Shown here: positions 8,589 through 17,180 of the stretch, in pieces | How the letters are laid out: each line of letters starts with the position of its first letter | Numbering within the stretch: the stretch's first letter is position 1 | Virus record (IMG/VR): IMGVR_UViG_3300027852_000004 | Source: an uncultured virus (IMG/VR IMGVR_UViG_3300027852_000004) | Taxonomy: Duplodnaviria > Heunggongvirae > Uroviricota > Caudoviricetes | Reading direction: 5' to 3' (one strand) | Length of the DNA stretch: 20,000 bases | Notes under the pieces: model-generated | What the model saw: the letters and a program-made list of their open reading frames with translations, nothing else | Told to the model about the DNA's origin: nothing | Database searches by the model: none | Program-made: the position numbers and the translations under genes

Positions 8589-8903
8589 CTAGAGTTTGAG
8601 TTCACGTTGCAAAGCCATCATCTGGATAGCACGCTCGGCAACTGCTTCTTCGACCAACGCCTTAGTTGAACGAATATCCAAGCCTTTGACAGCAGCGGCC
8701 TGCATCAATAGTTCACCGTTGACATTGGTTTGCATCGCAGCAAATACCTCATCAGCATTCTGGTCGTCTTGCACATCGCAGACCATTCCAAGCTCGACAC
8801 GCTGATTTGCGTAACGCTCAGTTGGGATCAGGATTGACCGCCGATATTCCAATGATGTGATCTTCAACTTAACCTTCTTGCTCTTGTCTTTACCTTTACC
8901 CAT
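8589..8903 (-). CDS. hypothetical phage protein
   Basis: 104 aa, GAAAGGAAA RBS, basic N-terminus. Confidence 0.75.
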   Translation of the reverse strand: MGKGKDKSKKVKLKITSLEYRRSILIPTERYANQRVELGMVCDVQDDQNADEVFAAMQTNVNGELLMQAAAVKGLDIRSTKALVEEAVAERAIQMMALQRELKL

Positions 8904-8945
8904 GATTTTCCCTTTCCATGGTTAGTTGCTGGAGTAGTATCGTAT

Positions 8946-9048
8946 AGCAATATTAAAAAAGGGATGGAAAGCGCATGTCTACCCACACAAACCACCCCAG
9001 TTAGAGCCTTGCAGTGCCGGCTCGAGGCGTCCCTTTATTAATATTGCT
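8946..9048 (-). ncRNA. structured leader or small RNA with alternative terminator and long-stem folds
   Basis: 21-bp inverted repeat (8946-8966 / 9028-9048, 2 mismatches); hairpin GAGCC/GGCUC; terminator-like GGGGUGG...CCAUCCC followed by U6. Confidence 0.5.
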
Positions 9049-9078
9049 TAATCCTCAATTTCCTTTCATCTTGATTTT

Positions 9079-9107
9079 ATTTTAAATCATTTCTCAATGA
9101 CTCTCAA
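9079..9107 (-). promoter_or_regulatory. sigma70-like promoter
   Basis: TTGAGA-17 bp-TAAAAT, the same hexamers as the promoter at 14433-14461. Confidence 0.65.
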
Positions 9108-9420
9108 GATGGCTTTTTAAGTTTTTTTTAGGGTCAATCAATGCCTGCTGAGGATTTAAGACGTCTTCGACAATCTTACGAAAACGGTCATTATTAGGTG
9201 TATGTCCCCCACTGATAGCCCCAGCACAAGCAAACTTCCAAGCATTCTCAACTTGAAGCATGGCAAGCAACGATGTAGCCTGATGAAAAGATAATCCCAT
9301 TAAAGATAACTCCTGTGCGAACTCTTTGTCACGTTCAAACATCATTATCTGGAGCTGCCTTGCTTTAGCCATATGCTCAGCCTTAACTGCGAAACGTTCT
9401 GGATGAATCTTATCTGGCAT
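9094..9420 (-). CDS. hypothetical protein
   Basis: 108 aa; TAATG coupling with the upstream gene. Confidence 0.7.
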   Translation of the reverse strand: MPDKIHPERFAVKAEHMAKARQLQIMMFERDKEFAQELSLMGLSFHQATSLLAMLQVENAWKFACAGAISGGHTPNNDRFRKIVEDVLNPQQALIDPKKNLKSHLESH

Positions 9421-9731
9421 TATACTTTTCCTACCTTAGGTATTCTTGTTTGGGTTTGTGTTACCTTAATGAACTTGGGTGTAAGTATCTTTAGGGTATA
9501 GGTTAACATACGCAATTTAAGTATATCATTAGCAATGACTGAGCCCGTATCCAATAAGTCGGCCAAACGTATGAAATCATCAATATCGAAAGTGAGCTTG
9601 TACATGGCTACAGGATTTTTGGTAATCATAGCCATCTGAACATCGGCTCTAAGAATTGCCATCTCATGTCGTAACCTCTCAGCATTCTTTAATTGTTCAG
9701 GGCTGTACTGCACCTTTAAATTCTTTGGCAT
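9420..9731 (-). CDS. hypothetical protein
   Basis: 103 aa with a GGAG RBS upstream. Confidence 0.65.
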   Translation of the reverse strand: MPKNLKVQYSPEQLKNAERLRHEMAILRADVQMAMITKNPVAMYKLTFDIDDFIRLADLLDTGSVIANDILKLRMLTYTLKILTPKFIKVTQTQTRIPKVGKV

Positions 9732-10269
9732 CGACTACATGCTCCCCCTTATTGAACATTAGATAGTATAACCCGTGACGGATTGCATCTCTTGCGTGGC
9801 GTTCACCCTTCTGCCATAAACCCCAATGCTGTAACAGATCGTCGGTAGCGAACGTTTTAGCTGTAACTGCCATCTGCATCTGATACGGTATCTCGTGATA
9901 ACCGAATACACTTTCAAATGCACCTATCAGTTTAGGTGTGTGAAGTTTAGAGAATGTATGTTCATCTTTCTTCCAACCATACATTCTATAATCTTCCATC
10001 ACTACCCTAGAATTAACAGTAGGAACGTTGTGCTTTGACATTATCCCAAGTATATAATCATGTGCATGCTCTCGGCACTTTGTTTGAATTTGTCCTGATG
10101 CCATAAGTTCAAAGTCTTCGAACAATGCCCAGCCCGTAGTTTCACCTGGATCAAGGCAGAGCAACCAACCTCCCCACATTGTAAGACGTACATCATCCTT
10201 CTTAGAGTTCGACCGAAATGCCGTGATGGTTTCACGAAAGGTTTTAGGATAAATTTCAGCAATGCCCAT
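9697..10269 (-). CDS. RuvC-like (RNase H fold) Holliday junction resolvase
   Basis: LCLDPGETTGWA, VVMEDY and HARDAIRH catalytic-type motifs; AGGAG RBS. Confidence 0.8.
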   Translation of the reverse strand: MGIAEIYPKTFRETITAFRSNSKKDDVRLTMWGGWLLCLDPGETTGWALFEDFELMASGQIQTKCREHAHDYILGIMSKHNVPTVNSRVVMEDYRMYGWKKDEHTFSKLHTPKLIGAFESVFGYHEIPYQMQMAVTAKTFATDDLLQHWGLWQKGERHARDAIRHGLYYLMFNKGEHVVDAKEFKGAVQP

Positions 10270-10290
10270 AGTATCTCTCCTATGCGTACT

Positions 10291-10313
10291 AAAAATGTCG
10301 GCCTCGCACCGAC
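10291..10313 (-). terminator. intrinsic terminator
   Basis: GTCGGT-GCGAG-GCCGAC hairpin followed by ATTTTT; two further small hairpins precede it (10317-10355). Confidence 0.65.
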
Positions 10314-10356
10314 TCGGAGGTTAAACAGTACCTCTAATGCCCAGGTATGGTTGGGG

Positions 10357-10674
10357 TTATTCTTCGGCGCCAGTATCAGTTTCTGCATTTTCTTCAGCAG
10401 GTTTTTCTTTCTTTGGCGGACGATAGTCTTTAGTCGCGGCATAAACAATTTGAAACTGAACTTCACGGCCTTCAATTTCACATAGCTGGTTTGTCACTTC
10501 ACGACGTGTGCGACCATTTTCAATCACTTCACGACGAATAAAGTCAACACGTTTGATCTGCTCACCCCCTACAGGATCAGTGATCATAATAAAGCGTCCA
10601 CCCTTACCTTTCGATGCAGCTTCAGCGCCTTCCTCAGTTACAACTTCTTCTTCATTTGCTTTTTCTTTGGCCAT
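10357..10674 (-). CDS. small HTH-like DNA-binding protein
   Basis: Charged tails around KRVDFIRREVIENGRTRREVTNQL...VQFQIVYAAT; GAAAGGAA RBS; has its own promoter and terminator. Confidence 0.65.
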   Translation of the reverse strand: MAKEKANEEEVVTEEGAEAASKGKGGRFIMITDPVGGEQIKRVDFIRREVIENGRTRREVTNQLCEIEGREVQFQIVYAATKDYRPPKKEKPAEENAETDTGAEE

Positions 10675-10734
10675 GGAATATTCCTTTCGTGCCATTGGTT
10701 AATTATGCTAAATTTTAGCGATTCAACAATTTAA

Positions 10735-10762
10735 ATAATATAGCATCTAAATGATAAATCAA
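10735..10762 (-). promoter_or_regulatory. sigma70-like promoter, AGATGCTA class
   Basis: TTGATT-16 bp-TATTAT with AGATGCTA immediately 5' of the -10. Confidence 0.65.
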
Positions 10763-10804
10763 CGACTTTTTTAATAGTCACTCGAAATTAATTTCGACTA
10801 CAAT

Positions 10805-11206
10805 TTAGCCTTGGGTAGTTCCATCAGACGTAGGTTCGGGATCAGGATCCTGCAACTCTACGTAAGGGGTAGTATCAAAATCACGGGCTAACGCTAAAGC
10901 ATCAACCGAGACATATGCCCACTGTGCCATAGATTTGATATTATACGGCATCGTGCCCTCAGCCCAGACTTGATCGGTAACCAGATCGTTGATATTCAGA
11001 TAAGCAATCATGGCTGCCAACATTCGTGCAGCACTATCATCACGTTTCTCAGCATCTGTCTGCCGCGTCGCAGCTGTAGGTGTAGGTTCAGTTTCAAGCA
11101 TACCACGTAAGACATTAAGGTCTTCGATAAGCCAGTCAGGCGATGATGCCAACCGTTCCACATGTGCTTGAATCTTCGCCAATTGAGCGTCTGAAAGTAT
11201 GTCCAT
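10805..11206 (-). CDS. hypothetical acidic protein
   Basis: 133 aa, AGGAG RBS. Confidence 0.7.
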   Translation of the reverse strand: MDILSDAQLAKIQAHVERLASSPDWLIEDLNVLRGMLETEPTPTAATRQTDAEKRDDSAARMLAAMIAYLNINDLVTDQVWAEGTMPYNIKSMAQWAYVSVDALALARDFDTTPYVELQDPDPEPTSDGTTQG

Positions 11207-11223
11207 AGTCTTTCTCCTATAAG

Positions 11224-11457
11224 TTAAATCCCATAATTAATCTCCGGTTTTAATGCGCTTCGGTATGCTCTACCTAGTGCAGTTAATTCATAGCACTGTG
11301 ACGGATGCTTAGGATGCTCAATCAATCCACGAGAGCACATACCCATTAATGTCATCCAATATGTACTTCCCGGATGCAATGACTTACCCGCTGAACTTTT
11401 AAGCACCTTACGCATGTTAGGTGACAAATCTGCCAATTGATCAAAACTAATCTTCAT
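11224..11457 (-). CDS. small winged-helix-like protein
   Basis: MKISFDQLADLSPNMRKVL...GLIE...YELTALGR; GGAGG RBS before the ATG at 11457. Confidence 0.6.
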   Translation of the reverse strand: MKISFDQLADLSPNMRKVLKSSAGKSLHPGSTYWMTLMGMCSRGLIEHPKHPSQCYELTALGRAYRSALKPEINYGI

Positions 11458-11500
11458 AGGTTCCCCCTCCAAGGATATTTAGTTGTACCACGCCATCTCA

Positions 11501-14095
11501 TTAACTACCCTCAGGTGTGTCGTCGAGTATTGACCAAGAGTCACGAGGCTCTACTTTATAGGTCTCGACATTCTGACGTTTTCCAGCTGCACATATTCCA
11601 CACACCTCCCGCACCAGCTGCTGGTTAGTCTTAAGATATCTTCCTAGCCTTCTTGAGTTCTGCATTGGTGTACATTCTGCATAATCTTCTGATGACATAG
11701 CCCATTCAGATATATTACCTGCAGTAACCATAGACGTCGGTGAATTTTCATATAACAATCTTGCGTATGTTGTAAGCCCTTCAAGTACCCAATCGCCCGA
11801 TGCAACTTGCTTACGTGTCGAACCTGCCAGGTGCTTAGTTACCCACGATGAATCATCACCGAAAACTTCGGATAATAGCATCAGGCATTGTTCAACATTA
11901 ATCAAACGATAACCTGCGGAATAGTTAGGATCCCATTTACGATATACAATCTGAAAAAACTTATGCATAACTAGCATCTGATGTGCGATCCACGCCTCAC
12001 GTCCGCCATACTTCTTCATCTGATTAGGTACCCAAGAGGAGTCGTAGGTCATCTTACCATGCGCATCAACTGATGATGCCTTATCCATTTCAATAATAAC
12101 TGACCTTTGAAGAATATCAGCATTAAGAAATGGCTGTTGTATAGCAGTAATCGCAAACGTTGTAGTAATTGGCAGCCGTAACAATTTATTGTTTGTGTAC
12201 AATGCACGCATCTCAACATGAGGATCCGGTTCAGTTACCAGTCTACATAACTCATCACTGAGACGCTGCCTTAATGACTTGTCCGATAGTACAACATTAT
12301 CTGTCACATGCAAGCCACCTGATGAAGTAACGCTAGCATGCCAGTCCCTTAAGTCAGCCGGAGAGTTTCTTAACTCTGCTCTTCCCGTCAAGACATTTAG
12401 TCGGTGTTCATATACTGAAGATTTACCTGAACCAGCTTCCCCCAATACCACCTCTACGGGTATTTGAGTTCCGCGCCATTTGTTTAACCATGGAGACATA
12501 TAAAAAATTAATGCTGCCAGGCGGCGCTCATCAGTACTATTTTTCATACGTGTGTCATTGATTACATTAAGCCACCACTTAGGTACCTTACCTAACTTAT
12601 TCGACTGCTCCAGCTGCTGATTGAAATTCTTCATGATCAAGTCAGCATCCATAGGTTCAGTGTGGCCAGCTTCAAATAAGATACCGTCAACTCCATTGTC
12701 AACAATCTCTAATGGCTTAGATGTTGAAGCTGTAACTTTAGCATACTGACCATCATTAATTTGATACCGAATAATATTCTCATTTACCCGAGGCCTACAG
12801 ATCAGTTTATGCGGATCGATGTTCTCAATAGGTTCTATCGATTCAAATAAAGCATGTAATACTGATACAATTTTATGATCGTTACCTGTTAGCCCGTAAC
12901 GAACAAACAACCATCTACCAAATGTCGTAGCATGCAACGCGTTCTTCTGCTGCTGTATGAACTCTACTTCAATCAAAGTTCTTGTCGCACGATCAAAATA
13001 ATACATCTCACCTGACGCTTGTGACCGAATACGTTTACCTCTAGCCTCCATGTCTGCAAGTATTGCCGTAGCTAACCTACGGTACGCATCTCTAGGTAAA
13101 TTGCTGCGAGTCAGTATCTTAGAGACATATTCCTTAATGTTAGGATGCTGCGGAAACGATCCCATCCCACTCTCAGTAGTAGTCAGGAGTAGTAGTTGGT
13201 GTTGTAAGTCTTTGACATGCTCTCCAGATAGTAAGTAATCATCTAACCCTATCTTTACAGTAGAGGCATCCTCACCGTCGGAATCGTAGGGCAATATAAT
13301 CTGATGTATTTGATTGAATGCAAGTCCATACTGCACCATCTCAAAACCTAGAACAGCTGCTGCACGTTGAACTTCAGGCTTCATACCCAACTCTTGATTG
13401 TCAGTGTCGAATATAATAGTAAGGTGCCAACCTTTATGAACTGCAGTATCAAATAACTCTTTCAAACCTTGAGCAAGAATACCCCCATTAATAGACTCCT
13501 CTAAATCTGTACCGGGCTGTATCCTCAGTGAATATGCTTGATTGCCCTTACTATTCTTGTTTGATGTCATTTGTACATCACTGGGTAACTGTATGATACG
13601 GTTACGCCAAGAGTCAACCCCACCTAGACCTACTGCAAGAATACCCTTCTTAACTGCCGCCGCAGCCTTCTTTTCACCCTCACAAATGACAATGTTAATT
13701 TGTTCATCTGTACTTTCAAATGTCCTGCTCAAGAGTAGCGGCCAGAAGTCTGGTGGATAATAAATATGATTCCCAACACGTGCAGGCTGTCTATACTTAA
13801 ATGCTTGGTCAAAGTATCTTACACGAAAGAAAGGTATAGGCTTACCCTGCATATCGAAATATGGAATTACATAACCTTGAGCATTGCCTGCAACATTCAG
13901 TGCATCATTCTCGGGCATCTCTGCCACACGTGCACGTATATCTTTTAATGTCAGATCTGATTTACCCAGATCCTGAAGTGCTATATTTTTCAATGCACGA
14001 CCCCCACATGAATTTGCGTTATTACGAAGTTTTGGGGCTGGTTCAGTTTTATGGGTTGGTTCTGAATCGGTCGGCTTCTTCGGTTGGCTGAACAC
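11501..14095 (-). CDS. DNA primase-helicase (DUF3854/TOPRIM primase plus C-terminal P-loop NTPase); start uncertain
   Basis: TOPRIM motifs ICEGEKKA, GLGGVDSW, IIFDTD, KIGLDDYL; Walker A GEAGSGKS; Walker B HVTDN. Confidence 0.85.
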   Translation of the reverse strand: MFSQPKKPTDSEPTHKTEPAPKLRNNANSCGGRALKNIALQDLGKSDLTLKDIRARVAEMPENDALNVAGNAQGYVIPYFDMQGKPIPFFRVRYFDQAFKYRQPARVGNHIYYPPDFWPLLLSRTFESTDEQINIVICEGEKKAAAAVKKGILAVGLGGVDSWRNRIIQLPSDVQMTSNKNSKGNQAYSLRIQPGTDLEESINGGILAQGLKELFDTAVHKGWHLTIIFDTDNQELGMKPEVQRAAAVLGFEMVQYGLAFNQIHQIILPYDSDGEDASTVKIGLDDYLLSGEHVKDLQHQLLLLTTTESGMGSFPQHPNIKEYVSKILTRSNLPRDAYRRLATAILADMEARGKRIRSQASGEMYYFDRATRTLIEVEFIQQQKNALHATTFGRWLFVRYGLTGNDHKIVSVLHALFESIEPIENIDPHKLICRPRVNENIIRYQINDGQYAKVTASTSKPLEIVDNGVDGILFEAGHTEPMDADLIMKNFNQQLEQSNKLGKVPKWWLNVINDTRMKNSTDERRLAALIFYMSPWLNKWRGTQIPVEVVLGEAGSGKSSVYEHRLNVLTGRAELRNSPADLRDWHASVTSSGGLHVTDNVVLSDKSLRQRLSDELCRLVTEPDPHVEMRALYTNNKLLRLPITTTFAITAIQQPFLNADILQRSVIIEMDKASSVDAHGKMTYDSSWVPNQMKKYGGREAWIAHQMLVMHKFFQIVYRKWDPNYSAGYRLINVEQCLMLLSEVFGDDSSWVTKHLAGSTRKQVASGDWVLEGLTTYARLLYENSPTSMVTAGNISEWAMSSEDYAECTPMQNSRRLGRYLKTNQQLVREVCGICAAGKRQNVETYKVEPRDSWSILDDTPEGS

Positions 14096-14408
14096 CGCAC
14101 AACACGTCTGATGCTACCCACAAGAGAGTAGTATATGTCTGGCGACGACGAGTTACGGGCGTTTCGCGAACACTGTGCCAACGGGCAATCAGGTGCTCCC
14201 CAATCATCTCCTCCAATACGGGATGCCAATCTTCGGCACGTAGTGCCAAGGAGATCTGCAACATAGAAGGTGAGATCTGTGGGTATTGTTGGAAAATATG
14301 AATGATCAAATCCCGGATCCGTTGCCAGTCTCGTGTATGTTGCTCTTGTAGAGCCTCTGCCGTAGGGATAGTAGGTCCAGTATCTGTCATTTTGCTTACC
14401 AATCTCAT
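14049..14408 (-). CDS. winged-helix-like protein upstream of the primase (start may be 14390)
   Basis: IRDLIIHIFQQYPQISPSMLQISL...WHPVLEEMIGEHLI has a wHTH-like helical pattern; first gene after a promoter. Confidence 0.6.
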   Translation of the reverse strand: MRLVSKMTDTGPTIPTAEALQEQHTRDWQRIRDLIIHIFQQYPQISPSMLQISLALRAEDWHPVLEEMIGEHLIARWHSVRETPVTRRRQTYTTLLWVASDVLCGVQPTEEADRFRTNP

Positions 14409-14432
14409 TCATAATTTACCTGCTCAACTTTT

Positions 14433-14461
14433 ATTTTAATTGAAACACAAAGGAATCTCAA
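14433..14461 (-). promoter_or_regulatory. sigma70-like promoter for the primase unit
   Basis: TTGAGA-17 bp-TAAAAT. Confidence 0.65.
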
Positions 14462-14485
14462 GTGTTAATTATGACACATTCTCAA

Positions 14486-15667
14486 TCAATTAGATGACTT
14501 TAAATGGTGGGCCAGTTTAATTAAACGTTGGAATAGAAAATTCTGCATACTTCGTGACTCATCAGAAAAACCATACACTTTATGTAACCATTCCTCATAC
14601 AGGGTGGCTGCAAGAAAATCATTACCCATATCAAGAGTCTTGGAGTCGATAAAGATTTCTTTGGTTGGGGGTTTATAGAAACCAAATACATCTTCACCCA
14701 AATTTCGAACTATAGTAAAGTCCTCCCGCTTCAAGTCACACCCAAGTTTAGTAATCAGCTTTAGACATGTATCCAGATCAGATTCAGATGCCTGTGAGGG
14801 CTTAAAGATTTCATGTACATCCTCAGAACCTTGAGTATACTTTAACACTGAACGTGCAGACGCAATTGCATTTGCTCCATGACCCTTAACAAGATTCAAA
14901 AAGGCTGGTGCGGGTTCATACCTACTTAATACCAAATCACTTTCAAACGTATTCTTTGCCGTAATATAAGATTCATGAACCTCTATGCAGTCCTGTTTAG
15001 GTAGCCTTTGAGAAATCTTTGAACGTACAGCGTACTCACTTTCAAGATTCCGATCTTCTGACAATGACATAGGCTCTAGAATGTTATATGTATTTTGCGA
15101 CATCTTAGATAATGTTCCAGCACGCACACCCCTATAATATATGTAGGACGTTGCGCCTGCATGTACTTCAATACTACTATCAGCACTTAAAGGTTCAGAT
15201 GTCAAAAAGATCTCGTCACGATTATTATATGCTTTAACAATGTCATGACCTTCAATATAAAATGCTGTATACTCTGAAGAGGCTCGCAATTTGTGAATCG
15301 TCGGATGTAAATCAAAGTCAGTAATGATCCCAGCTTCATCCAGTGTGTTACTGTGCAACTCCCTATAAGCCTGCCATACATCCCAATTCCGACCGAGATC
15401 AGTTGTGAATGGTAGTGCCTTATCATTCATGTGAATAATGTCAAAACTCTCACCACGAATCTTTGTAGGAACTGCATGGAATTCAAAGAACTCACCACCC
15501 CGATTCATAGTAATTGTATGCCCCGTACGTAGAAGAATGGCCAGGGCATACTTCAACCCCGTACCAAAATATCCAATAGGGTTGTCATTAACCTTTACAG
15601 AAACCCCCATTACCTGAATTACATTAAGATCAATTAGACCTGGAGTTACAAAATTAATTCTCGTCAT
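14486..15667 (-). CDS. GHKL/HATPase-like ATP-binding protein with C-terminal metallopeptidase-like motif
   Basis: IGYFGTGLKYA glycine box, RELHSNTLDE (ExxxNxxD) N-box, C-terminal TLYEEWLH. Confidence 0.65.
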   Translation of the reverse strand: MTRINFVTPGLIDLNVIQVMGVSVKVNDNPIGYFGTGLKYALAILLRTGHTITMNRGGEFFEFHAVPTKIRGESFDIIHMNDKALPFTTDLGRNWDVWQAYRELHSNTLDEAGIITDFDLHPTIHKLRASSEYTAFYIEGHDIVKAYNNRDEIFLTSEPLSADSSIEVHAGATSYIYYRGVRAGTLSKMSQNTYNILEPMSLSEDRNLESEYAVRSKISQRLPKQDCIEVHESYITAKNTFESDLVLSRYEPAPAFLNLVKGHGANAIASARSVLKYTQGSEDVHEIFKPSQASESDLDTCLKLITKLGCDLKREDFTIVRNLGEDVFGFYKPPTKEIFIDSKTLDMGNDFLAATLYEEWLHKVYGFSDESRSMQNFLFQRLIKLAHHLKSSN

Positions 15668-15670
15668 CGG

Positions 15671-15937
15671 CTACATCCCCTCGGATTCTGAATTTTCGAT
15701 ACGTCGGACAAGCTCTTTCATCCAGTACAGATTGTCGGTGTGTAAGATTACGTGAAGCCCTTTATGCAAGTTGAATGGTATAGCCTCACTCTCATCATAG
15801 ACACTGAGTAGGCGTAGTAGGGCCTGCTTAACAGTTATTCCAGATGGCTCAGATATATGCAACTGGCTTTCCAGTTTAATTATTCGCGTTTCCAGCTCAT
15901 CGATCCGCTGCAAATGCTGTTCTTCTGTAGTACTCAT
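15671..15937 (-). CDS. hypothetical protein with N-terminal coiled coil
   Basis: 88 aa; GGAGATAGGA RBS. Confidence 0.65.
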   Translation of the reverse strand: MSTTEEQHLQRIDELETRIIKLESQLHISEPSGITVKQALLRLLSVYDESEAIPFNLHKGLHVILHTDNLYWMKELVRRIENSESEGM

Positions 15938-15959
15938 TTCCTATCTCCTATAGGTTTTC

Positions 15960-16106
15960 TTAGACTTTAGCTTGTTCCTGTTTGAGAATTCCACCCAACC
16001 AATCCTGCCACTCCGTAACATCGTCAGTATCGTAGAGGGGTGATAATATAAAGAAGAAGTCACTGTCGGTAACAGCAACACAAGTCTCCACCTGTGTCAA
16101 GTTCAT
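15960..16106 (-). CDS. possible small acidic protein (48 aa)
   Basis: MNLTQVETCVAVTDSDFFFILSPLYDTDDVTEWQDWLGGILKQEQAKV fills the gap, but the strongest RBS serves an out-of-frame ATG at 16119. Confidence 0.35.
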   Translation of the reverse strand: MNLTQVETCVAVTDSDFFFILSPLYDTDDVTEWQDWLGGILKQEQAKV

Positions 16107-16161
16107 CAAACTCGTTCATAATACTCCTTTCTCCCCTACGGAGGAGTAGTAGTAGTAGAGG

Positions 16162-16527
16162 TTAAGCTGGCCTTCCGATCATCAATTTACGTAACGTGCC
16201 AAGACGACACAAACAAGCCGTATTACCATAGTTTAATGTCATGGCTTCGTGTGGACTTTTTAACAATTGTGCAGTAATACATGCACGTAATATACCTTTA
16301 TTCTCTGACCAGTTCTTAACCCATACCTGAGTACGATCCGCTAAACCCATGTCACACAATGTTGCCTCATCAAACAGGTTCACCGTAATAGTGACTTGAG
16401 GCATACCATTGAAATCGAATATCGTGAACTTGGGCGAGTTGTCTATGTAGAAACCTTCACACTTAACAACATACTCGCTCTTAGGTAAGTAATCGGTTTC
16501 CAGTTCAACTACTATCTGCTCATCCAT
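16162..16527 (-). CDS. hypothetical phage protein
   Basis: Probable start MDEQ overlapping the upstream stop, with AAGGGGA RBS; contains VWVKNWSENKG. Confidence 0.7.
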   Translation of the reverse strand: MDEQIVVELETDYLPKSEYVVKCEGFYIDNSPKFTIFDFNGMPQVTITVNLFDEATLCDMGLADRTQVWVKNWSENKGILRACITAQLLKSPHEAMTLNYGNTACLCRLGTLRKLMIGRPA

Positions 16528-16840
16528 CAGTAGTCCCCTTCTCAGGTAATAGGGATTTAAGGAATTCAACCTCTTCCAATGCCCGCTTATGAAACAGTGT
16601 ATACTGCTCACTTAGGTAAGCGGATATGACTTTACTATATGGGGAACCGATACATCGAAACCTCCCAGTTCTAACTTTCACGGGGCAACCCATGCACATA
16701 GTAGTGTAAAACAATCTGCATAGTTTACAATGTTGGACACCCATCTTCACGTCGTGAGGGAACTGATGTTGCTCAATGGCAGCATTCTTTTCCCAGTGCC
16801 TAATCGATTCTTTTAAGGCCTTATGTGTAGCATTATCCAC
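16520..16840 (-). CDS. Cys-rich (putative Zn-binding) hypothetical protein
   Basis: SIRHWE...CKLC...CMGCPV...C. Confidence 0.7.
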   Translation of the reverse strand: MDNATHKALKESIRHWEKNAAIEQHQFPHDVKMGVQHCKLCRLFYTTMCMGCPVKVRTGRFRCIGSPYSKVISAYLSEQYTLFHKRALEEVEFLKSLLPEKGTTDG

Positions 16841-17180
16841 CGTTCATTAACTCCCTAGCTTTAGCGACACGCACTGGTGAGGGAAAGACTGATTGTTTAC
16901 GGTCACCCCAGATATGCATTTGAGGCCCATGCACCCAATCAAGCATAATCCAGTCACCTATCACAGCACAATCGAAGCTAGTGCCACATGCACTACACAT
17001 AAGGTTTACAGACACCCCATCTTCAGGCCCACTCAGGAGACTTTTTCGAGTACCACAACAAGGACATTCTGCTTTATACGTAAACCTTTCCATCAAGATT
17101 AATCCAGTCAGCTCACGTTTAAACATGAACCCAAAATAATCTTCTAACCATATGTACAAACGTCTTTTCAACTTACGCAT
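16833..17180 (-). CDS. zinc-ribbon protein
   Basis: CPCCG...GPEDGVSVNLMCSACG; start MRKLK with an AAGGAG RBS. Confidence 0.7.
   Translation of the reverse strand: MRKLKRRLYIWLEDYFGFMFKRELTGLILMERFTYKAECPCCGTRKSLLSGPEDGVSVNLMCSACGTSFDCAVIGDWIMLDWVHGPQMHIWGDRKQSVFPSPVRVAKARELMNGG

Noticed and set aside
8946..9048. Retron msr-msd (a1/a2 inverted repeats) or tRNA
   Set aside because: No reverse transcriptase in the window, no long msd hairpin, and no TTC T-loop or cloverleaf.
10291..10356. tRNA in the three-hairpin intergenic region
   Set aside because: No acceptor stem or conserved D/T loops; better explained as a 3' UTR with a terminator.
13990..14412. 140-aa alternative-frame ORF MNEIGKQ...
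   Set aside because: Overlaps the more protein-like wHTH frame and the primase start; composition looks like a shadow frame.
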